64,000 nucleotides of DNA. Source: Bryobacterales bacterium (GTDB lineage Bacteria > Acidobacteriota > Terriglobia > Bryobacterales > UBA6623). Below are positions 33,030-44,430 of the stretch, piece by piece. Numbering within the stretch: position 1 is the stretch's first letter; each line of letters opens with the position of its first letter. The notes beneath the pieces are model-generated. The model searched no databases, was not told the origin of the DNA, and saw nothing but the letters and a program-made list of their open reading frames with translations. The stretch is from NCBI GenBank assembly GCA_963422375.2, contig OY729427.2, forward strand, positions 1,760,001 to 1,824,000, written 5' to 3'. The position numbers and the translations under genes were made by a program.

Positions 33030-33384
33030 CGCCCTAGAATAATACTTGAAATTACGAAACATGAGTACTGGTTTTCAAGGATTTTAGTCGATCAGCCCTT
33101 CTGATCGCCGTGACCTGCTCGGTCGCGCTGCCGCTCTTTCGCCGCGCCGGGCCGCTCCTGCACGGCGGTGTCCCGGGCGGCATCCGATCTGCCGAAGCGA
33201 GTCGGCGAGCGCTCGCGCCGTCCGGTTCGCGCGCCTCGCGAGCACGCCCTAGCACCGCCCGCGCTCGAGGTCGCCAGCTGCCTGCGCTCGACCCGAGGTG
33301 CCGGTGCCGGCAGGCGTCGGCCGGGCCGCGTCGGGTAGGATTCGCCGCTGCCACAGGCAGATGCACCGCCGGATCATGAACTTG

Positions 33385-33910
33385 GCACTTACCTGCAATT
33401 AGGTCTGCGCGAACGGCTTGGTGCTGCTGCGGTCGAGCGTGAGCTGCCAGTCTGCTCGCGGCGGCGGCGGCCTGCTGGAGCGCCTGGAGTTCGAGATCTC
33501 CCGGGGCCAGTTCCAGGATCTCCGAGCCTAGTTCCGCAAGTTCCCGCGGCCGCTGCGTCAGTGCGCGATCCCGCGCAAGCACTTCGTGCAGGTCGCCTGC
33601 TCCGCGCTCGGCATCCCCGCGCCAACGGTCACGCCTGGCGACGCCAACGACGACTGGGCCGCGTTCGCGAGTCGATTCGAGTCCCTCGGGGAGACCTGCA
33701 GCTGGGAGGTGGGCGGCAACGCCTGCGCCCTGCTAAACGCGGTCACCGCGATCGCCTCACGGTCCCAGGAGGCCGGCCTGCACTCCGGGGAGCGCCACTC
33801 TCTCGAGCGGAGGGTCGGTGCCTGGCTAGTCGAGTTCAGCCCAGAGTGTCGCCGGGAGGCGTTCGACACCGCCCGCTACGCGGCCCACTGCCGCGTCCGG
33901 TCAGGCGCTT
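33385..33910 (+). pseudogene. Possible DUF932-like remnant
   Basis: *VCANGLV and NACALLNAVTAIAS segments with in-frame stops; weak similarity only. Confidence 0.3.
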
Positions 33911-33972
33911 GCCCGCCTGACCGAGCGCATCGCGGCCGAGGAGACGCCGGGGATGCTGGCCTACGCGGCCGG

Positions 33973-34764
33973 CTAGAACCGCATCGCGGTGAAGCCGCCG
34001 TCGACGAAGATCTCCGCCCCGGTGACGAAGCTCCCGGCCCTTCGCGCGACCAGCAGCAGCGCGGCGCCGACCAGCTCGGGCGGCTCCCCGAAGCGGGCCA
34101 TGGGCGTTTGCTCCATGATCTTGCGGACCCGCTCGGGCTGGAGGATCTTGCGGTTCTGCTCCGCCGGGAAGAATCCGGGGTTCAGGGAGTTCACGCGCAC
34201 GCCGCGCTGCGCGTACTCCCGCGCTAGGTTCTTGGTCAGGTTGTTGACGGCGGCCTTCGAAGCCGCGTAGGCGAATACCCGCGACAGCGGGAGATGGGCG
34301 GTGACGCTGCCGACGTTGAGGATGGCGCCGCCGCCCTCCTGCCCGGCCATCGCCGGAGCGAAGGCCTGGCACCCGAGGTGCGTGGCCGTCAGGTTCGTAT
34401 CGAGCACCAGCTGCCAGTCCTCGTCGGTGATCCGTTCGTATGGCACGGCCGAGTTCACCCCGGCGCAGTTGACTAGGATGTCGGCGCGGCCATGTCGCTC
34501 GAGGACGGAGTCGCGAAGGGCCTCGAACGACACCCTCGACGTAACGTCGACCGGAGCGAACTCGGCGGACCCGCCCGCCTGGCGGATCGCCTCGGCGCGC
34601 CTCTCGCCGCGCTCCCGGGAGCGTCCGGCGACGACCACGCGCGCTCCCGCCGCCGCCAGGCCTTCGCCCAGCGCGCCGCCCAGCACGCCCGTTCCGCCGG
34701 TCACGACCGCCACGTCCGAGTCGAGACCGAACAGCCGGTGAAGGAATTCCGCCGACGCCTGCAT
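33973..34764 (-). CDS. SDR-family oxidoreductase
   Basis: TGGTGVLG, LVNCAG, YAASK, PGFFPAEQN, VDGGF. Confidence 0.92.
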   Translation of the reverse strand: MQASAEFLHRLFGLDSDVAVVTGGTGVLGGALGEGLAAAGARVVVAGRSRERGERRAEAIRQAGGSAEFAPVDVTSRVSFEALRDSVLERHGRADILVNCAGVNSAVPYERITDEDWQLVLDTNLTATHLGCQAFAPAMAGQEGGGAILNVGSVTAHLPLSRVFAYAASKAAVNNLTKNLAREYAQRGVRVNSLNPGFFPAEQNRKILQPERVRKIMEQTPMARFGEPPELVGAALLLVARRAGSFVTGAEIFVDGGFTAMRF

Positions 34765-34779
34765 ACTATCGTTACGATG

Positions 34780-35169
34780 TCACGTCCGCAGCGGCGAGCG
34801 CAATCCGGTCCACGGGCCGGACTGGACGATTCCGGGGTAGGTGTCCACGGGCCGGCCGGCTTCGATGTCGGCCAGCAGCAGGCTGGCGTCCCGCTCGATC
34901 GCTCCTGTGCGCACCCCGTCCCATTCGGGCAGGTAGCCCTGGATCTTCCGCAGGCCCTTGAGCAGCTGTCGCGTCGCGCCGTTGCGATTGCCCTGCCGAT
35001 GGTGGTAGAAGCCGACCGCGAAGTGGATCAGGGCCTGCAGGAACCAACGGTCCGGAGGCTGCGAATGGGTCCAGATCTCTTCCAGAACCTCGTGGCACTC
35101 GAAGTAGTCGCCCGCGTTGAACAGGTCGATGCCTCGCCGGAACAAGGCCTTGGTTTCGACGGGAGACAC
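34780..35169 (-). CDS. DUF309 family protein
   Basis: GIDLFNAGDYFECHEVLEEIW...LQALIH.AV..YH...N..GA. Confidence 0.9.
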   Translation of the reverse strand: MSPVETKALFRRGIDLFNAGDYFECHEVLEEIWTHSQPPDRWFLQALIHFAVGFYHHRQGNRNGATRQLLKGLRKIQGYLPEWDGVRTGAIERDASLLLADIEAGRPVDTYPGIVQSGPWTGLRSPLRT

Positions 35170-35220
35170 TAAGCAATCCTACAGCCTAGGCGGGACCGGT
35201 CGCTAAACTCAGATGAGGCC

Positions 35221-37707
35221 ATGCCCTTCCGACTGCCAGTCTGCGCGCTGCTGCTCGCCGGCCTCCTGCGAGCGCAGCCCACCCCCTTGAGCGGCGCGGC
35301 CGAACTCCACGAGCTGCTTGACCGCCTGAACACGGTAGGGACCGTCCTGATGCTCGGTGCCCACCCGGACGACGAGAACACGGCCGTTCTCGCCTATTTC
35401 GCGCGGGGCCTGCACCTGCGGACCGTGTACCTGTCGGCCACCCGGGGCGAGGGCGGCCAGAACCGCATCGGCACAGAGCAGGGCGAGCTGATGGGGGTCA
35501 TCCGGACGCACGAGCTGCTCGAGGCCCGGCGGATCGACGGCGGGGAGCAGGCGTTCGCCAGCGCCGTGGATTTCGGCTACACCAAGACGCCCGAGGAGGC
35601 CTTCGCTGTCTGGGGAGAGGAGCGGCTCCTGCGCGATATGGTGCGCGTAATTCGCGAGGTCCGTCCCGACGTCATCGTGTCGCGGTTTCCGCCGCGGCCC
35701 GGCAGCGGGGGGCACGGCCAGCACACCGCCGTGGGCTGGACCGGTCCGTCGGCGTTCGAGGCTGCGGCGGACCCGGAATTCTTCCCGGACCTCGGCTTGG
35801 CGCCGTGGCGGGCGCGCCGCTACTACTACAACCTGCCGACCTTCAGCCCCCGCATGGAAGCCGAGGCCGCGCGCCGCCCGGGCCTGCTCCGCGTTGACAC
35901 GGGGAGATTCGATCCCGTGCTGGGCAAGTCGTATGCCGAGATCGCGGGTGAGAGCCGCAGCATGCACCGCAGCCAAGCGATGGGCGCCCCCCAGCGAAAG
36001 GGCGCCGTGCCGGCGTTCTTCGAGCACGTGGCTGGGGAGAGTGCGGGCAGCGATCTGTTCGGCGGCATTGACACGAGCTGGGGCCGCATCGAGGGCGGCG
36101 TCGCGGTCGGAAGATGGCTCGCCGCGGCGCGGGAGAGCTACGATGCGCGGCGGCCGCGCGAGGCGCTGCCGCATCTTCTCCGCGCTCACGAGGAGCTCGC
36201 GTCCTTGACCGGGCCCGAGGCCGCGTACAAGCGCGGCCAGCTTGTCCGGGCCATCGAGCTGGCGTCCGGTCTCTGGCTCGACGCGGCGGCGGACGCTTGG
36301 CACGCGGTTCCGGGGGGCGAGATTCGCGTGACGGCGCGCGCCCTGCGACGCTCGGACCGGCCGTGGATCTGGCGTGCCACGCGGCTCGAGGGCGTCGCGG
36401 CGGCTTCGTTCGGCGAGGCATTGGAGCTGGAACCGAACCGGGTGGCGGAGCGGTCGGCTCGGCTGGGCGTGCCCGAGGACGCCTGCTACTCGCAGCCTCA
36501 CTGGCTGCGCGCGGCCCGCGAAGCGGAGCGCTGCCACGGCGGCGGGAGTTCTCCGGGACCCGAGCCGCCGCTGCGAGCCGTCTTTGAATTCAGCTCGCCT
36601 GACGGCGCGGCAATCGAGTTCGTCAAGCCGGTGCTCTACCGCTGGGTCGACCCGTCCGTTGGCGAGCGTTCGAGGCCGCTGGCGGTGGTTCCTCCCGTCG
36701 CGGTCTCGTTCGCGCGCGAAAGCCGGATCTTCGCCGACTCCGTGCCGGCCGAGGTTCCGGTGCGCCTCCTGTCGAACACGGGCAAGGCCGCCGCCACCGT
36801 GCGGCTGAGCGCTCCGGACGGCTGGGAGGTGCGCCCCGCCGCCCGCGAGGTGACCTTCGACCGGCCCGGCCAGGAGCGGACCGCGGTCTTCGAGCTGATT
36901 CCCCCGCCGCGCCCGTCCGGCGGTGATCTCGCGGCCGTGGTTCTCGTGGACGGTCGCCTGCTGCGCTCCGGCATGCGGGTCATCGAGTACGGCCACATTC
37001 CTCAGACGCCCGTCTTCCCCGAGGCCTCGATGCGGGTCGAGCGGCTCGACGTGAAGCTTCCGGCCAGAGAGATCGGCTACGTGATGGGCGCGGGCGACAA
37101 GGTGCCCGACGCCTTGGAGCAGCTGGGAGCGACGGTCACGCTGCTCTCCGCCGAGGATCTCGCGGTGGGCGATCTGGGACGCTTCGACGCCGTGGTGACG
37201 GGTGTCCGCGCCCTCAACGCGCGGCCCGACTTGCTGGCGGCCCGCGAGCGGGTGCTCGAGTACGTCGAGAAGGGCGGCACGCTGGTCGTGCAATACAACA
37301 CGGCTTCGTTCAGGCGGCGCGGCGCGGCGGGCGCTTCCGCCGTTCTGGGACCGTTTCCCATGACGGTTTCCCGCCTCAGGGTGACTGACGAGCGCGCGGC
37401 GGTGCGCTTTCCGGACCGCGGCCACCCCTTGCTGCAATTCCCCAACAAAATCACCGCGGCGGACTTCGACGGGTGGGTGCAGGAGCGGGGACTCTACTTC
37501 ATGTCGGAGTGGGACGAGCGCTATGACGCCGTGATCGCCTGCAGCGATCCCGGCGAGGAGTCCCTGCGCGGCGGGATGCTCTACGCCCGTTACGGCAAGG
37601 GGGCGTACGTGTTCACCGGCTACTCGTGGTTCCGCCAGCTCCCGGCCGGCGTGCCCGGGGCGTACCGGGCGTTCGCCAACCTTATCAGCGCGGGGCAGGC
37701 TCGCTGA
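35221..37707 (+). CDS. PIG-L/LmbE family deacetylase, secreted, multidomain
   Basis: GAHPDDE, TRGEGGQN, R..ELL.AR..DG, DFGYTK, HGQH, SRSMHRSQ, WVQERGLYF, FRQLPAGVPGAYR. Confidence 0.92.
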   Translation: MPFRLPVCALLLAGLLRAQPTPLSGAAELHELLDRLNTVGTVLMLGAHPDDENTAVLAYFARGLHLRTVYLSATRGEGGQNRIGTEQGELMGVIRTHELLEARRIDGGEQAFASAVDFGYTKTPEEAFAVWGEERLLRDMVRVIREVRPDVIVSRFPPRPGSGGHGQHTAVGWTGPSAFEAAADPEFFPDLGLAPWRARRYYYNLPTFSPRMEAEAARRPGLLRVDTGRFDPVLGKSYAEIAGESRSMHRSQAMGAPQRKGAVPAFFEHVAGESAGSDLFGGIDTSWGRIEGGVAVGRWLAAARESYDARRPREALPHLLRAHEELASLTGPEAAYKRGQLVRAIELASGLWLDAAADAWHAVPGGEIRVTARALRRSDRPWIWRATRLEGVAAASFGEALELEPNRVAERSARLGVPEDACYSQPHWLRAAREAERCHGGGSSPGPEPPLRAVFEFSSPDGAAIEFVKPVLYRWVDPSVGERSRPLAVVPPVAVSFARESRIFADSVPAEVPVRLLSNTGKAAATVRLSAPDGWEVRPAAREVTFDRPGQERTAVFELIPPPRPSGGDLAAVVLVDGRLLRSGMRVIEYGHIPQTPVFPEASMRVERLDVKLPAREIGYVMGAGDKVPDALEQLGATVTLLSAEDLAVGDLGRFDAVVTGVRALNARPDLLAARERVLEYVEKGGTLVVQYNTASFRRRGAAGASAVLGPFPMTVSRLRVTDERAAVRFPDRGHPLLQFPNKITAADFDGWVQERGLYFMSEWDERYDAVIACSDPGEESLRGGMLYARYGKGAYVFTGYSWFRQLPAGVPGAYRAFANLISAGQAR

Positions 37708-37749
37708 GGCCGGGCCCCGCGGCCGCTTCCGGACGGCGGCGGAAACGGT

Positions 37750-38454
37750 TCAGCCGGCCAGGAGGCAGTCCGCCAGCGCTTCGAAGTCGCGCACCTCAAT
37801 GTCGGGCAGCAGGCTCGAATCCTCGTAGGGCAGGCTGTAGCGGTTGACGTAGGCCCCGCGGTAGCCGCAGGCGCGGGCGCCGAGGATATCGAAGGCGTGT
37901 GCTGCCACCATCAGAATCTGCCCCGGCTCGCGTTCGAGCTCCAGGCAGGCCATGCGGTAGACCGACGGGTGCGGCTTGAACCGTCCGACCCGGTCGACCG
38001 ACAGGCAGGAATGGAACGGGGCCTCCAGGCGGTCCTCCACCAAGTGCTGCAGCAGGTCGGTGTCGCCGTTGGACAGAGCCACTAGGTCGTACCGCTTGGC
38101 GAGACGGAGCAGCCCCCGCTGGGCGTCGTCGAAGGCCTCCAGCCGGCGGAAGTTCTGGAGCAGATCCAGGACGTCGACGTTCTCGTGGGCGATGCCGCGT
38201 CGCCGCAGCGTGTACGAGAGGGCCCTGCGGGCGGAATCCAGGTAGCCTCGGTGCCCGAGGGCGAGAATCGTGTCCTGGTGCTGCTCAAGACGCTGCCTCG
38301 ACCGCCAGTCCGCCCACAGCTCGGCCGGCTCAGCCCGGGATCCGGCAGAGGCGACGAACTCGCGAAGTGCCGGCACAATGGTCCCGGACAGGTTGAGAAC
38401 CGTGCCGAAGATGTCGAATGCCAGCGTGCGTACGTCGGAAAGCGCCGGTTCCAT
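37750..38454 (-). CDS. Haloacid dehalogenase type II
   Basis: AFDIFGTV, WRSRQ, LSNGD, FKPHPSVY, VAAHAFDILGA. Confidence 0.88.
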   Translation of the reverse strand: MEPALSDVRTLAFDIFGTVLNLSGTIVPALREFVASAGSRAEPAELWADWRSRQRLEQHQDTILALGHRGYLDSARRALSYTLRRRGIAHENVDVLDLLQNFRRLEAFDDAQRGLLRLAKRYDLVALSNGDTDLLQHLVEDRLEAPFHSCLSVDRVGRFKPHPSVYRMACLELEREPGQILMVAAHAFDILGARACGYRGAYVNRYSLPYEDSSLLPDIEVRDFEALADCLLAG

Positions 38455-38492
38455 TGAGCCGATGGTAGCGAACGGCGGGGTGCCGTTCGCGC

Positions 38493-39440
38493 TTACTCGC
38501 TGGCGCCCTGAGACGGCTTGCGGAACGACTCGCCCGAAGGCGGCGTGTCGCCCCCGGCGACGGTCGGCAGGTGCTCCAGCTTGCGGCGGGCGATTTTCGC
38601 CCAAGGGCTCGACGCGTCGAGCTTGAGGAACAGCCGCCAGTGCTTGGCCGCGCGGAGGACCTGCCCGCGGCGCTCGTAGACCACGGCTAGATTGAAATGG
38701 GCGTCGGCGTAGTCGCACTGGCAGACCAGCGCGCTCTCGTAGTGTTCCGCGGCCTCGGCGAGCCGGTTCGTCTCCTCGCAGACGTTGCCTAGGTTGAAGT
38801 GGGCGAGGGCGTACTCGGGGAAGATGGCCAGGGCCTCCTTGTAGCTGCTCTCGGCGTCGTGCAGGCGGCCCTCGCGATGGTGCAGCGTCCCGACATTGAC
38901 CCATGCCCCGGCAGCGCGCGGGTTGAGAGCCAGAATCTTCCGGTAGACGTCGATAATCTCGCTTGGCCGCTCGCCGGATCGCTCGAGGTCCAAGGCGTAC
39001 TGGAACAAGCTCGCCTCGCCGCGGCCCGGCATGCCGTTGTCCTTGGTCCCGCGATCCTGCTCGAGAGTGGTGACGGCTCGCGCGCTCCCGGACCTGAAGT
39101 CGAATAGCATCTGGCCGGTAAGCGCCTCTATCCGTTCGCCCGGCAGCTCGACCGCGATGCGACGGCCGTCGGAGACGATCTTGAGCTCGTCCAAGGGGCG
39201 GTCTATGTGGTCGAAGCGAGTCCTGAGCTGCCGGATGGCCTCGGCGATCTCCTTCGGGGGGATCTGGTGGCTCCGGAGGTTCTGCAGGGTCTTGAGAGAC
39301 ACTAGATCCGTAAAGCTGTATCCCTCCTGCGCCGCGGTCAGGCCTGCCCGCTCCCAGGAGCGCAGGCTGTTTTCCTTGATGCCCAGGATCCGACGGATCT
39401 CGGACCTTGTGTAGGTATCGGAAGTCTTTTCAGACTCCAC
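38493..39440 (-). CDS. MerR-like HTH + tetratricopeptide repeat protein
   Basis: YTRSEIRRILGIKENSLRSWERAGL...YSFTDL HTH, GQMLFDF, then TPRs (AWVNVG, AHFNLG, AHFNLA); GTG start 6 nt after TATACT. Confidence 0.85.
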   Translation of the reverse strand: MESEKTSDTYTRSEIRRILGIKENSLRSWERAGLTAAQEGYSFTDLVSLKTLQNLRSHQIPPKEIAEAIRQLRTRFDHIDRPLDELKIVSDGRRIAVELPGERIEALTGQMLFDFRSGSARAVTTLEQDRGTKDNGMPGRGEASLFQYALDLERSGERPSEIIDVYRKILALNPRAAGAWVNVGTLHHREGRLHDAESSYKEALAIFPEYALAHFNLGNVCEETNRLAEAAEHYESALVCQCDYADAHFNLAVVYERRGQVLRAAKHWRLFLKLDASSPWAKIARRKLEHLPTVAGGDTPPSGESFRKPSQGASE

Positions 39441-39514
39441 GTAGCGAGTATAGCGCGGGCTGGGGCCGAGCTTGTCCCTCGCCGAGCGCGGGGAATCGCG
39501 ACGATACTGGCCGC

Positions 39515-40129
39515 CTAGCCCCGTTTCGGGCCGCCTGCCCTCGCGGCGATGGCCCCGCCCGCTCCGGCCGTCAGGACCAGCAGCAGGGCTTCGAAGGCCA
39601 TGCTGAACGCCATCATCATCGCGAATACCGCGGGATCTTCCAGCAGGCGCTGGACTTCCGATCCGAGGCCGAGGCTCTCGACTTGGTCTCGCATCGGTCC
39701 GAGGATCGCTTCGCGGCCCTGCGTCGCGAGAACCGAGACCAGCAGCAAGAACGAGGGCACGAAGCAGGCCAGGCCGGTCAGGGCGCCGATGCCGAATCCC
39801 TGCCACCCGCCTTGCGCGACGGGGTGGCGCTTCTCGAACCGCCGCACGGCCAGGAAGCCGGCTCCGCCCGGGACCAGGTAGCCAAGCCACGCGAAGAGAG
39901 CGCCGCCGCCCAGGATGGCGAGACGCACGCAGACGGCGCCCAGCGCCGGCAGGAACGCGGCCCGGACATACGCGTCCATGCCGGGCGGCAGCTGCGCGCT
40001 CGGCTCGTCGCGAGCCTCGAAGGCCCGCTCGAAGGGCTCGCCGATCCCCGCGTGCAGGGGCCGCCCGCAGCGGGGGCAGAACGACGCCCCGTCCGGCAGG
40101 GGGCTGCCGCAAGTGCAGTGAGCGACCAT
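39515..40129 (-). CDS. Zinc-ribbon membrane protein
   Basis: CTCG..LPDGASFCPRCG followed by about 4 hydrophobic helices. Confidence 0.8.
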   Translation of the reverse strand: MVAHCTCGSPLPDGASFCPRCGRPLHAGIGEPFERAFEARDEPSAQLPPGMDAYVRAAFLPALGAVCVRLAILGGGALFAWLGYLVPGGAGFLAVRRFEKRHPVAQGGWQGFGIGALTGLACFVPSFLLLVSVLATQGREAILGPMRDQVESLGLGSEVQRLLEDPAVFAMMMAFSMAFEALLLVLTAGAGGAIAARAGGPKRG

Positions 40130-40233
40130 CCGACCGGGACTCGAGGCAGGCGGCGGGCCTCGATCCCTACAAAGATTGTATTCCCGGGCCGCTCCCTGCC
40201 GGGGACGGCGCGCCGGCGCGCCCTGTTGGCAGC

Positions 40234-43200
40234 CTACGTTTCGACCGTGCGCACGATCCTGAGGATGTGCGCGCCGTACCTGCCGGCGACCGACGGACCC
40301 ACCCCGGGCGCGGACAGCAGTTGCCGCTGGTCTCGCGGCTTGGAATCGGCGATCCAGTCGAGAGAGCGGTTGTGCAGGATGACGTACGGCGGTTTCTTGG
40401 TCCTGGTCGCCTCCTCCTTGCGCCAGGCGCGCAGGGCGGAGCGTATCAGCTCGCTCGCCGCGTCCGGGGCGGGCACGTTGTCCAGCCCGAGCCGCGAGGC
40501 GGGGGCCGGCCCGTCGGGCCGGGCGCGTCGGCGCGAGGTCGAGCTCTTCCGGCCGGCGCGCTGCTTCGCGGGGCCGGCTAGGCCGGCCCCCTCGGCCGGG
40601 AGCCGCACTTCGCTCCCCGGGCGCGAGGCGCTCCTCCCGGAATCGGTCAGGCACAGCCTGCGGAACTCGATGCGCTCCTGCTCCTTGTTGACGAACGAGT
40701 CGTTCTCCACCCGCGCCAGCCCGGCGGCCGCGATGGCGTCGACCAGTCTCTCGTAGGCCCTGCGCTCCATCCGGCGCGTTTCCGCGTGCTCGCGGAACAG
40801 CTTCCCCACGGACTGCCCGTCCCGCAGCCGCAGCGATCCGAGCACCTCGCCCACGACCTGCGCTTCGATGGCCGTGGGTTCCCGGAACGTCTTGAGCGCG
40901 CAGGACGACGGCTGGCAATTGTCGCACCGCCCGCACGGTTTGAGGGAGTCCTCGAGGTCGCCGAAGTGGCGCACGAGGTCGAGCATGCGGCAGTCCTGGG
41001 AGCGGGTGAATTCCCAGACCTGGTTCGTCTGGGCGATCTTGTGATCGCGCTGGCGGACGTAGCTGTCCAGCCAGCGGTCTTCCCCGCGGGTGGCGTTCTC
41101 GTCCGCGTCGATGCGGATGCCGCCGTGGATCCACATCTTCTCGACCGCTTTCTCCAGTTTCTGGAAATCGCCGCCGAACAGCCCGAGGAGGTCCGCCACG
41201 GGGCGCGCTTCGGCCGAGAGCTGGCCGAAGAGCGTCTCCAGCGCGCTGGGCTCGGGATAGTCGCGCTCCAGGAAGAACTCGTGCGTCTTGCGGTCGATCC
41301 AGGAGTAGAGCAGGACCGCCTTCGACGGCTTGCCGTCGCGCCCGGCGCGCCCGATCTCCTGGTAGTACCCCTCGATCGACCCCGGCAGGCCCGTGTGAAC
41401 GACCGTGCGCACGTCGGCCTTGTCGATGCCCATGCCGAAGGCGATCGTGGCGACGATGATGTCGATCTCGCCCTGCAGGAACGATGCCTGGACGCGGTCG
41501 CGATCCTCGGCGGGCATTCCGGCGTGGTAGGCGGCGACCTTGTGGCTCGCCGCGAGTGCTTGCGCCTGCTCCTCGGACGCCTTGCGAGTCGGGGCGTAGA
41601 CGATCGCCGGTCGCCGGCCCTCGTCCTCGAGCAACCGCACGAGGGCGGGCGGCCGCAGCTTCGGCACGAGCTCCACCAGTTCGATCTGGAGGTTCTCCCG
41701 CCGGAAGCCGTGGATCAGGCGCCGGCAGTCCGCGAGGCCTAGCTGCTCCGCGATGTCGTCTTGGACGCCCGGCGTGGCCGTCGCCGTCAGGGCGATGACC
41801 GGCGCGGGACGCAGCGCCGGCACGCGGTCGCGCAGCCGCCGGTATTCCGGCCGGAAGTCGTGCCCCCACATCGAGATGCAGTGGGCTTCGTCGATCGCCA
41901 CTAGTCCGGGAGCCCGGCGCGCCAGCAGCTCCGGAAAGCCCGGCACCGCCAGGCGCTCCGGGGCGATGTGCAGGAAGTCGAGCTCCCCGGCTAGGTAGTC
42001 CTGGCAGACGCGCCGGGACTCGAGCCGGTCGCGGCCGGAGTGGATGCGCTCGGCGCGGAAGCCCTGCTGCCGCAGCTTCTCGGTCTGGTCCTCCATCAGG
42101 GCGATCAGCGGGCTGATCACCAGTGTCGTCCCGCCTCGCGCGACGCCGGGGAGCTGGTAGCAGAGGGACTTCCCGGCTCCGGTCGGCATGACGAGCAGCA
42201 CGTCCTCGCCCGCGAGGACCTGCCGGCAGGCATCCTCTTGGTGCGGCCGGAACGCGTCGTGGCCGAAGCGCTCCCTCAGCAGGGTTCGCATCCGCCCGGG
42301 GGAGGTCGGCGCAGCGCTCGGCCCCGACGCGGACAGGCGCGCGGCGTGCGGCCCGTCCGAACCGCCCGACGGCTCGCGGTCGCGGGCCTGTCCGCGGCCC
42401 CCCTGCCCCTCGGAGGCGGCTGGCGCTGTCCGGCCGTTCGGCCCGGGCTGCTGCGGCCTTCCGAGAGGGCCGGCCGCGCGGTCGGTGCGCTGGGAAGCCG
42501 CCGCGGGAGCCGCGTGTTCGGCACTGGGCCCTCGCGCCGCGGCGGGCGGCTCGTCGCCGCCGAACGGCGCGTCCGGCGCCCCTGGGTCCGGCCGCGCCCG
42601 AGCCGGCGCGGAGCCGTTCGCGCCGACGACCTCGCGCACGAACTCCTCGATGCCTCGCATGAACGCGTCGAAGCCCCCGTCGCCCCGCTCGATCTCGCGG
42701 AGCTGCGACTCCCACTCTCCCGTCATCGCAGGGCTGCGGACCTTCGGGTGGACGATCTCCAGCAGGCGGATGCCCTTGTCCGTGGCGCTCAGCTGCTTCT
42801 TGTCGCGACGGGCGTACTCGCGCTTGAGCAGCGTCTCGATGATCGACGCGCGGGTGGCCGGGGTCCCGATCCCGCGCTCCTTCATCGCCTCCGAGAGCTG
42901 CTTGCTGTCGAGCGTCTTGCCCGCCGATTCCATGGCGGTCAGCAGGGTCGCCTCGGTGAACCGCGCGGGCGGCCGCGTCCGCTTCTTCAGCGCCTCGGCC
43001 TTGGCCACCTTGACGCGCTGCCCCTCTCCCAGCCCGCCCGGCAGCTGGGGCTCTTCGCGGCGCTTGCCCGCCGTCTTGATGTCGAGCACCTTCCAGCCTT
43101 CCTCGTCCACGGCCGTGCCGGCGGACAGGTACTGGTCGGCGTCCGCCTTGCACGCGATCCGGGTGATCACCGTGGTCGCGGAGTACTTGTGGTCGCCGTG

Positions 43201-44430
43201 CCACGCCTGCAGGAGGCGGCGGCTGATCAGGTCGAGAATCTTCTCCTCCGCCGAGCCGCCCGCGACGCCCTGCGCCGCGCCGGTCGGCACGATCGCGTGG
43301 TGGTCGGTGACCTTGGCGTCGTCCACGAAGCGCTTGCCGAGCGGCCGGTCGCCGGTCCCCTCGGCGATCGCCGCCGCGTCGTATCCGCTCGCGACCCGCT
43401 TCGCGACGGCGCCGACGCCGCTCGCGACCTCGCTCGACAGATGCCGGCTGTCGGTGCGGGGGTAGGTGATCGACTTGTGCCGCTCGTAGAGCTGCTGGGC
43501 GAGCGCGAGCGTGCGGTCGGCGCTGTATCCGTACAGCCGGTTGGCGTGCCGCTGCAGCTCGGTCAGGTCGTAGAGCAGAGGGGGGGGCAGGCGCTTGTTG
43601 GCCTTGCGGATCGACTGGATGTCGGCCTTGCCGACGGCGGCGCGTTCCACTACGGCAGCGGCCTGGTCGCCGTCGGCGGGCAGGCGGGTCTGGCGCTTGC
43701 CCTTCACCAGCCTGAAGTAGGTGCCGCGGTAGACCCGCCCCTCGCCCGCGTCGAACTCCGCCTGCACCTCCAGGTAGTCCTCGGGCACGAAGTTGCGAAT
43801 CGCCAGCTCGCGCTCCACCAGCATGGCCAGCGTGGGCGTCTGGACGCGGCCCACGGAAAGGACCTCGTCGCGGTCGATCGAGTAGACCCGCGTCAGATTC
43901 ATGCCGACCAGCCAGTCGGCCCGGCTGCGCGCCTTCGCGGCAGACGCGAGATCGTCGAACTCGCTGGAAGGGCGCAGCTGCTCGAAGCCCCGGCGGATGG
44001 CGTCGCGCGTCAGGGACGAGATCCACAGCCGGTCCACGGGCTTGTCGCAGCCCGCGGCTTCGTAGATCAGGCGGAAGATCAGCTCGCCCTCCCGCCCGGC
44101 GTCGGTGGCGCAGACCACCCGCCCGATGCGCTGGTTCGTCAGGATTTTCCGGACGACCTCGAACTGGTCGCTCCGGCCCTCGTCGACCCGCAGCGGCCAG
44201 CGGGACGGCAGCATCGGCAGCGTGGACCGCCGCCACGCCTTCCACTGGGGATCGATCTGGTGCGGTTCGGCGAGCGCCACCAAGTGGCCGATGGCCCAGG
44301 TGACGACGAAGCCGTTGCCGGCATAGTACCCGTCTCGGCGAGTGGACGCTCCCAGTGCCGCCGAGATATCCCGGCCTACGGACGGCTTCTCGGCGACGAT
44401 GGCGGTATGCGTGGCTGGCCCGCGATGCAC
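40234..44430 (-). CDS. topB-recQ: DNA topoisomerase III - RecQ helicase - HRDC fusion protein
   Basis: Toprim AEKPS and ATDAGREGE, catalytic ITYPRTD, GTPATR; Pro/Ala/Gly-rich linker; RecQ motifs [41 protein letters not shown]; Zn CR...CGRCDNC; C-terminal HRDC. Confidence 0.93.
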   Translation of the reverse strand: MHRGPATHTAIVAEKPSVGRDISAALGASTRRDGYYAGNGFVVTWAIGHLVALAEPHQIDPQWKAWRRSTLPMLPSRWPLRVDEGRSDQFEVVRKILTNQRIGRVVCATDAGREGELIFRLIYEAAGCDKPVDRLWISSLTRDAIRRGFEQLRPSSEFDDLASAAKARSRADWLVGMNLTRVYSIDRDEVLSVGRVQTPTLAMLVERELAIRNFVPEDYLEVQAEFDAGEGRVYRGTYFRLVKGKRQTRLPADGDQAAAVVERAAVGKADIQSIRKANKRLPPPLLYDLTELQRHANRLYGYSADRTLALAQQLYERHKSITYPRTDSRHLSSEVASGVGAVAKRVASGYDAAAIAEGTGDRPLGKRFVDDAKVTDHHAIVPTGAAQGVAGGSAEEKILDLISRRLLQAWHGDHKYSATTVITRIACKADADQYLSAGTAVDEEGWKVLDIKTAGKRREEPQLPGGLGEGQRVKVAKAEALKKRTRPPARFTEATLLTAMESAGKTLDSKQLSEAMKERGIGTPATRASIIETLLKREYARRDKKQLSATDKGIRLLEIVHPKVRSPAMTGEWESQLREIERGDGGFDAFMRGIEEFVREVVGANGSAPARARPDPGAPDAPFGGDEPPAAARGPSAEHAAPAAASQRTDRAAGPLGRPQQPGPNGRTAPAASEGQGGRGQARDREPSGGSDGPHAARLSASGPSAAPTSPGRMRTLLRERFGHDAFRPHQEDACRQVLAGEDVLLVMPTGAGKSLCYQLPGVARGGTTLVISPLIALMEDQTEKLRQQGFRAERIHSGRDRLESRRVCQDYLAGELDFLHIAPERLAVPGFPELLARRAPGLVAIDEAHCISMWGHDFRPEYRRLRDRVPALRPAPVIALTATATPGVQDDIAEQLGLADCRRLIHGFRRENLQIELVELVPKLRPPALVRLLEDEGRRPAIVYAPTRKASEEQAQALAASHKVAAYHAGMPAEDRDRVQASFLQGEIDIIVATIAFGMGIDKADVRTVVHTGLPGSIEGYYQEIGRAGRDGKPSKAVLLYSWIDRKTHEFFLERDYPEPSALETLFGQLSAEARPVADLLGLFGGDFQKLEKAVEKMWIHGGIRIDADENATRGEDRWLDSYVRQRDHKIAQTNQVWEFTRSQDCRMLDLVRHFGDLEDSLKPCGRCDNCQPSSCALKTFREPTAIEAQVVGEVLGSLRLRDGQSVGKLFREHAETRRMERRAYERLVDAIAAAGLARVENDSFVNKEQERIEFRRLCLTDSGRSASRPGSEVRLPAEGAGLAGPAKQRAGRKSSTSRRRARPDGPAPASRLGLDNVPAPDAASELIRSALRAWRKEEATRTKKPPYVILHNRSLDWIADSKPRDQRQLLSAPGVGPSVAGRYGAHILRIVRTVET

